Of a stretch of 64,000 nucleotides of DNA, positions 60,177 to 64,000 are shown piece after piece. The notes beneath the pieces are model-generated. The model had not been told where the DNA came from, searched no databases, and saw only the letters and a program-made list of their open reading frames with translations. The stretch's first letter is position 1, and the number at the start of each line of letters is the position of its first letter. This DNA is from an uncultured Gammaproteobacteria bacterium. Lineage in GTDB: Bacteria; Pseudomonadota; Gammaproteobacteria; JAIEPX01. The position numbers were made by a program, and so were the translations under genes. The stretch is taken from positions 341,608 to 405,607 of the forward strand of contig CAVRXV010000005.1 in assembly GCA_963725255.1 (NCBI GenBank), in the 5' to 3' direction.

Positions 60177-61061
60177 ATGATTAAGGACGAAATCGATACT
60201 AAACGTCATCACAGTTGGGATACCATTCAAGATGCCATTATTTTTGCGACCAATCAATTAACATCAACAACACCGCGACTCGATGCGGAATTATTATTAT
60301 CACACACACTGAAAGTTTCTCGCGGATATTGCTATTCACATCCTGAACAATCGCTCACAATTGAGCAACAATTGCATTTACAAGCATTAATTCAAGAACG
60401 AATAGCAGGCGAACCTATTGCTTATTTAATTGGCAAACAAGCCTTTTGGAACGAAGATTTTATTGTGACACCAGCCACTTTAATTCCAAGACCCGAAACA
60501 GAATTATTAGTACAAATATTATTATCTGAATTGCCTCTTGAAAGCGAAATTCAAGTCGCTGATTTAGGAACGGGTTGTGGTGCGGTCGCGCTCACATTGG
60601 CGAAAGAGCGACAAAATTGGCAAATTACTGCAACGGATTTTTCAAAAGAAGCGTTACAAGTAGCAAAAGAAAATGCAGAAGCATTGCATCTGAAGAATGT
60701 TCAATTTAGTCAGGGGTCATGGTGTTTAGCATTACCGCATCAAACATATCATGCCATTGTTTCTAATCCCCCCTATATTGCAGAACGTGATCCTCATTTA
60801 GAGTGGGGCGATGTTCGTTTTGAACCACGAAATGCTTTGGTTTCTGGACCTGATGGTTTAAGTGCTATGCGAGAAATTATTTCCAATGCTAGCGATTATT
60901 TACACAATGGTGGCCTATTATTATTAGAGCACGGATTTGAGCAAGGTGAGGCTGTGCGAAATCTTTTGGAGCAGTGTGGATTTACTAGAATAAAAACTGA
61001 GCGTGATTTGGCAGGGCATGAGCGCGTAACATCTGGAATTAATACGGCGTCGCGTCTTTGA
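60177..61061 (+). CDS. prmC: Release factor glutamine methyltransferase
   Basis: LIPRPETE, DLGTG, SNPPY. Confidence 0.96.
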   Translation: MIKDEIDTKRHHSWDTIQDAIIFATNQLTSTTPRLDAELLLSHTLKVSRGYCYSHPEQSLTIEQQLHLQALIQERIAGEPIAYLIGKQAFWNEDFIVTPATLIPRPETELLVQILLSELPLESEIQVADLGTGCGAVALTLAKERQNWQITATDFSKEALQVAKENAEALHLKNVQFSQGSWCLALPHQTYHAIVSNPPYIAERDPHLEWGDVRFEPRNALVSGPDGLSAMREIISNASDYLHNGGLLLLEHGFEQGEAVRNLLEQCGFTRIKTERDLAGHERVTSGINTASRL

Positions 61062-61672
61062 AAATAGTTTTAGCGAGTTCAAATGCAGGAAAAATTAAAG
61101 AATTTACAGCTTTAATGTCTGATCTTACACTCAAAATAATTCCACAAGCTGATTTTAATCTAGAAGATGTTGAAGAAACCGGCCAGACTTTTGTTGAGAA
61201 TGCCATTATTAAAGCACGTCATGCTGCTGAAAAAACAGGATTAGCTGCATTAGGAGATGATTCTGGATTGGTTGTGGATGCGTTGGGTGGTAAACCAGGA
61301 ATTTTTTCTGCCCGTTTTGCAGGGACGAACGCGAATGCCGAAGATAATATCAAAAAATTGTTAGCAGAAATGCAGAATATTCAGGTTCCAAATCGAAGTG
61401 CGCGGTTTGTTTGTGTATTAGTATTATTTCGTTATCCAAATGATCCGTATCCTTTTATTTGCCAAGCAAGTTGGGAAGGTGAAATTTTATTTTCTCCACA
61501 AGGAAATAAGGGGTTTGGGTATGATCCGATATTTTGGGTTCCAACTCATCAATGTGCAGCGGCGGAGCTGCCTGATAGTGTAAAGAATCAAATCAGTCAT
61601 CGAGCAAAAGCTTTTCAACTTTTACATCAGAGAATTGCACAACCGGATTCAGCAGATTTTTGTGGTTCGTAA
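61058..61672 (+). CDS. rdgB: Non-canonical purine NTP pyrophosphatase
   Basis: SSNAGK, ENAIIKA, DDSGL, GFGYDP, SHR. Confidence 0.96.
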   Translation: MKIVLASSNAGKIKEFTALMSDLTLKIIPQADFNLEDVEETGQTFVENAIIKARHAAEKTGLAALGDDSGLVVDALGGKPGIFSARFAGTNANAEDNIKKLLAEMQNIQVPNRSARFVCVLVLFRYPNDPYPFICQASWEGEILFSPQGNKGFGYDPIFWVPTHQCAAAELPDSVKNQISHRAKAFQLLHQRIAQPDSADFCGS

Positions 61673-62238
61673 TTTTGTGGAGCAGAGAATTGATCCAGTC
61701 TTTTTAAAATAGTTTTAAATGTGCTGAAAAATACATCTCGGGTTGTTGTGTAAGAATCAAAAAATTGACTTTCTTCGAAGGGAACGGCTGTAGGTTTTAA
61801 TTCAGGATCATCTCCTGAGTAGTCGATAAGATAGGTCTGAGCTCCTGGAAATTGCTGTAAAAATTTTTGAGTTGAATTTAGATCAACACAATTTTTAGCA
61901 TTTCCAAATAAGAAAAAAACCTGAGTTGAATGGCAAGCAAATTGAGGATTTGTTGTTTGAATAGTTGAATGAGTTGATTGCCATAAATGGAAGTAATCTT
62001 GGTCTAGTTTAAACTCTAAAGTATGTTGAACGACACGTTCGCCATGTGAAACGGAGTCTTTATCGACTCTACTGGGGAGCTCTGCAAGAATAGGATCGAT
62101 GTCGGAATTTTGCGCTCCAATAAGTACACCTGTGCAATTTAAGACATTCGTTGATTTACTGCGAGGTATAGGTCTAATCATAATAGCAACTGGAAGTTGC
62201 AGGCTGTTGGATGCTGCTGTAGAGAAGAATTTGTTCAC
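61627..62238 (-). CDS. Hypothetical protein
   Basis: 203-aa ORF with GGAG RBS and GTG start. Confidence 0.6.
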   Translation of the reverse strand: MNKFFSTAASNSLQLPVAIMIRPIPRSKSTNVLNCTGVLIGAQNSDIDPILAELPSRVDKDSVSHGERVVQHTLEFKLDQDYFHLWQSTHSTIQTTNPQFACHSTQVFFLFGNAKNCVDLNSTQKFLQQFPGAQTYLIDYSGDDPELKPTAVPFEESQFFDSYTTTRDVFFSTFKTILKRLDQFSAPQNYEPQKSAESGCAIL

Positions 62239-62359
62239 TGGATGCTCCGCTTTTTCAGTATTTGGGGTATTAAATCAGGTTATCCGTAGAAAGTCAAGTA
62301 AATTTCATAGATAAACAATATTTTTAATGGGGTGAAATGGCTTTATTTATGCGTAATTA

Positions 62360-63709
62360 TTATTTATTAGAGCTTGTAGGTGCAGAAGCTTGTTTGGGTT
62401 TAGTTTCTAACTCAGCAGATTTAGCAAGAGTCGGAGTGTACTGATATTGATCATGAAACACAGTCACTTTAAAGTCATTAACATGGGGAATTGCTAGTGT
62501 TTCTGTTTTTTGTACGTTACCTTCTTGCGGTTGTGCGTCAGGTTTTGTGTCAAAGGTAACCGTTGATTGGTACTTTAGGATCGTAGGGCAATCACCACTT
62601 TTCTCCTGTTCAGGATCATATTCGCGCACTTCGCCCGTTTTAGTATCAATGATACGAGGGGCTGATGAGATCTTACTAAAAGGTGTTATTACGGATTTTA
62701 CATCAAGTTCTATGTCTACGGTCAAATGACCATTTTTAATAGTCCAATTAAAAATTGCTATAGTATCGGCTTGAAGACACGGTTCATTGTTACTCCTGTC
62801 AACTAATGGCCAAACTTTGTGATTTTCTGGGAGATATTCATTTGTAAATATACTCTGTAAAGATTGCCCATTTTTTAAGATCGCGTTGCATAGAGCTTCT
62901 TTTGCAATAGGATTATTCCGTAAGGATTCGTCCTCGTCTAAAAAACTTAAGAGTTGTGCTTTCAATTTTTCAACTGGAGTTTTATATTTCCCGCTCTCAA
63001 TTTCATCTTGAGTTGGGATAAAATTTAATTTTTTTCCATTGACTAAAATACTTCGGTTCAGATCAGCCATTGCCGGTGGATCATTATTGGGAAATACTTC
63101 GCTACTTGAGGCTGTTGATTCTTTAGTGAATGTTTCTATCGCGGGTGAATGAATTTGTCCCTTTTCGTCGGGTAATCCGTGTATCATCGATTGGTTCAAA
63201 CTGTTCACTGATTGTAAAGAAGCTAACTCTGCATTCAAGCAATTGTGAATGTCACTGAATCTTTTAATTGTTTGTTTTAATTGTTGGAGTTTTGGACGGT
63301 AAACAAAATTTTTTCTTTTCTCGGTAGAGACATCTTGACGATCTTTTGAGTGAATGGGTAAGGATTTTGTTTCTTCTAGATATCGTGATAATGGGTCAAA
63401 AACAAATGATGCCTGAATTTGAATTCCTTCAAGTTCTCTTAACAGGGAAACTAAAGATTCTTCTGTTTGACTGTTTGAGATGCGGTTTTGAAGGTCCTTT
63501 AAATAATCAATCTTATCTTGAATTGGCTTTTTTTTTGCTTCAAATTTCTGCCTTAATTCTTCAACTTTCTTAGGGTTATCCCGAATTTTGCTTTTCTCAA
63601 TGCCAAATTTATCTTCGTCTAATACCCTGCGCACTAGTTCTAGACTAATGAGAGAATTAATCGCATTTGTAATGATTTGACCTTTAAATCGCATAAACCT
63701 GCACCCCAT
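62360..63709 (-). CDS. Hypothetical coiled-coil protein (effector-like)
   Basis: 449 aa, N-terminal coiled coil, S/T/K-rich tail. Confidence 0.65.
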   Translation of the reverse strand: MGCRFMRFKGQIITNAINSLISLELVRRVLDEDKFGIEKSKIRDNPKKVEELRQKFEAKKKPIQDKIDYLKDLQNRISNSQTEESLVSLLRELEGIQIQASFVFDPLSRYLEETKSLPIHSKDRQDVSTEKRKNFVYRPKLQQLKQTIKRFSDIHNCLNAELASLQSVNSLNQSMIHGLPDEKGQIHSPAIETFTKESTASSSEVFPNNDPPAMADLNRSILVNGKKLNFIPTQDEIESGKYKTPVEKLKAQLLSFLDEDESLRNNPIAKEALCNAILKNGQSLQSIFTNEYLPENHKVWPLVDRSNNEPCLQADTIAIFNWTIKNGHLTVDIELDVKSVITPFSKISSAPRIIDTKTGEVREYDPEQEKSGDCPTILKYQSTVTFDTKPDAQPQEGNVQKTETLAIPHVNDFKVTVFHDQYQYTPTLAKSAELETKPKQASAPTSSNK

Positions 63710-63788
63710 GCACCCATTTTACTCCCCCTATATTGCAATTATAGTTCATGGGCTTGAATTTTGCTTGGGACAGCTTGAGGCAATGAAA

Positions 63789-64000
63789 TCAGGTATCAGC
63801 GGGGGAAGGCATGAGAATGCTGTTGATGCCATTCTTTTTAAGGGTTTGCTGATGAGCCATGGCAGCTTTGGAAGAGCCAAACGGGCCTACGATGACTCGA
63901 TAGCGAGTTGATCCGTGGCGGATTTGTTTACTGATACTGGCTTTGTAGCCTTGTAAAATCAATTGCGCTTTAAGGTGGTCGGCATCTTCAAATTTATTCA
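63789..64000 (-). CDS. SPOR-domain protein (FtsN-like), C-terminal part; not in the ORF track
   Basis: Hand translation: DADHLKAQLILQG..RYRVIVGPFGS..A..QQTLKKNGI..stop. Confidence 0.8.
   Translation of the reverse strand, partial: NKFEDADHLKAQLILQGYKASISKQIRHGSTRYRVIVGPFGSSKAAMAHQQTLKKNGINSILMPSPADT

Noticed and set aside
63708-63911. 67-aa plus-strand ORF
   Set aside because: Overlaps the minus-strand SPOR-domain gene

Overview
AT-rich gammaproteobacterial chromosome segment; gene content and the many orphan effector-like ORFs suggest a Legionellales/Coxiellales-like host-associated organism (inference). The core backbone comprises priA (split by a frameshift), a peptide ABC transporter, tRNA-Met, nfeD-stomatin, ychF-pth-rplY, prs-tRNA-Gln-ispE-lolB, hemA-prfA-prmC-rdgB and a partial SPOR gene. 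A ~28-kb accessory block separates prs from rplY. It holds TPR proteins, a decayed AbiE module and a beta-flower gene pair. It also holds a run of stand-alone proteins with polymorphic-toxin-like domains (trypsin protease + GH-E-like HNH nuclease, a His-rich nuclease-like protein, a Zn-deaminase-like protein) with no evident immunity genes, plus IS256 and an IS1111-type IS110 element. Highlights: (1) a TPP riboswitch controlling a SemiSWEET/PQ-loop gene plus thiamine pyrophosphokinase, a candidate new thiamine transporter; (2) a target-binding guide loop readable in the IS1111 non-coding end that matches the reconstructed insertion site; (3) triplet palindromic arrays over the promoters of two stand-alone ATPase genes; (4) the immunity-less toxin-domain cluster. 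All family assignments come from motif recognition by eye; no searches were run.
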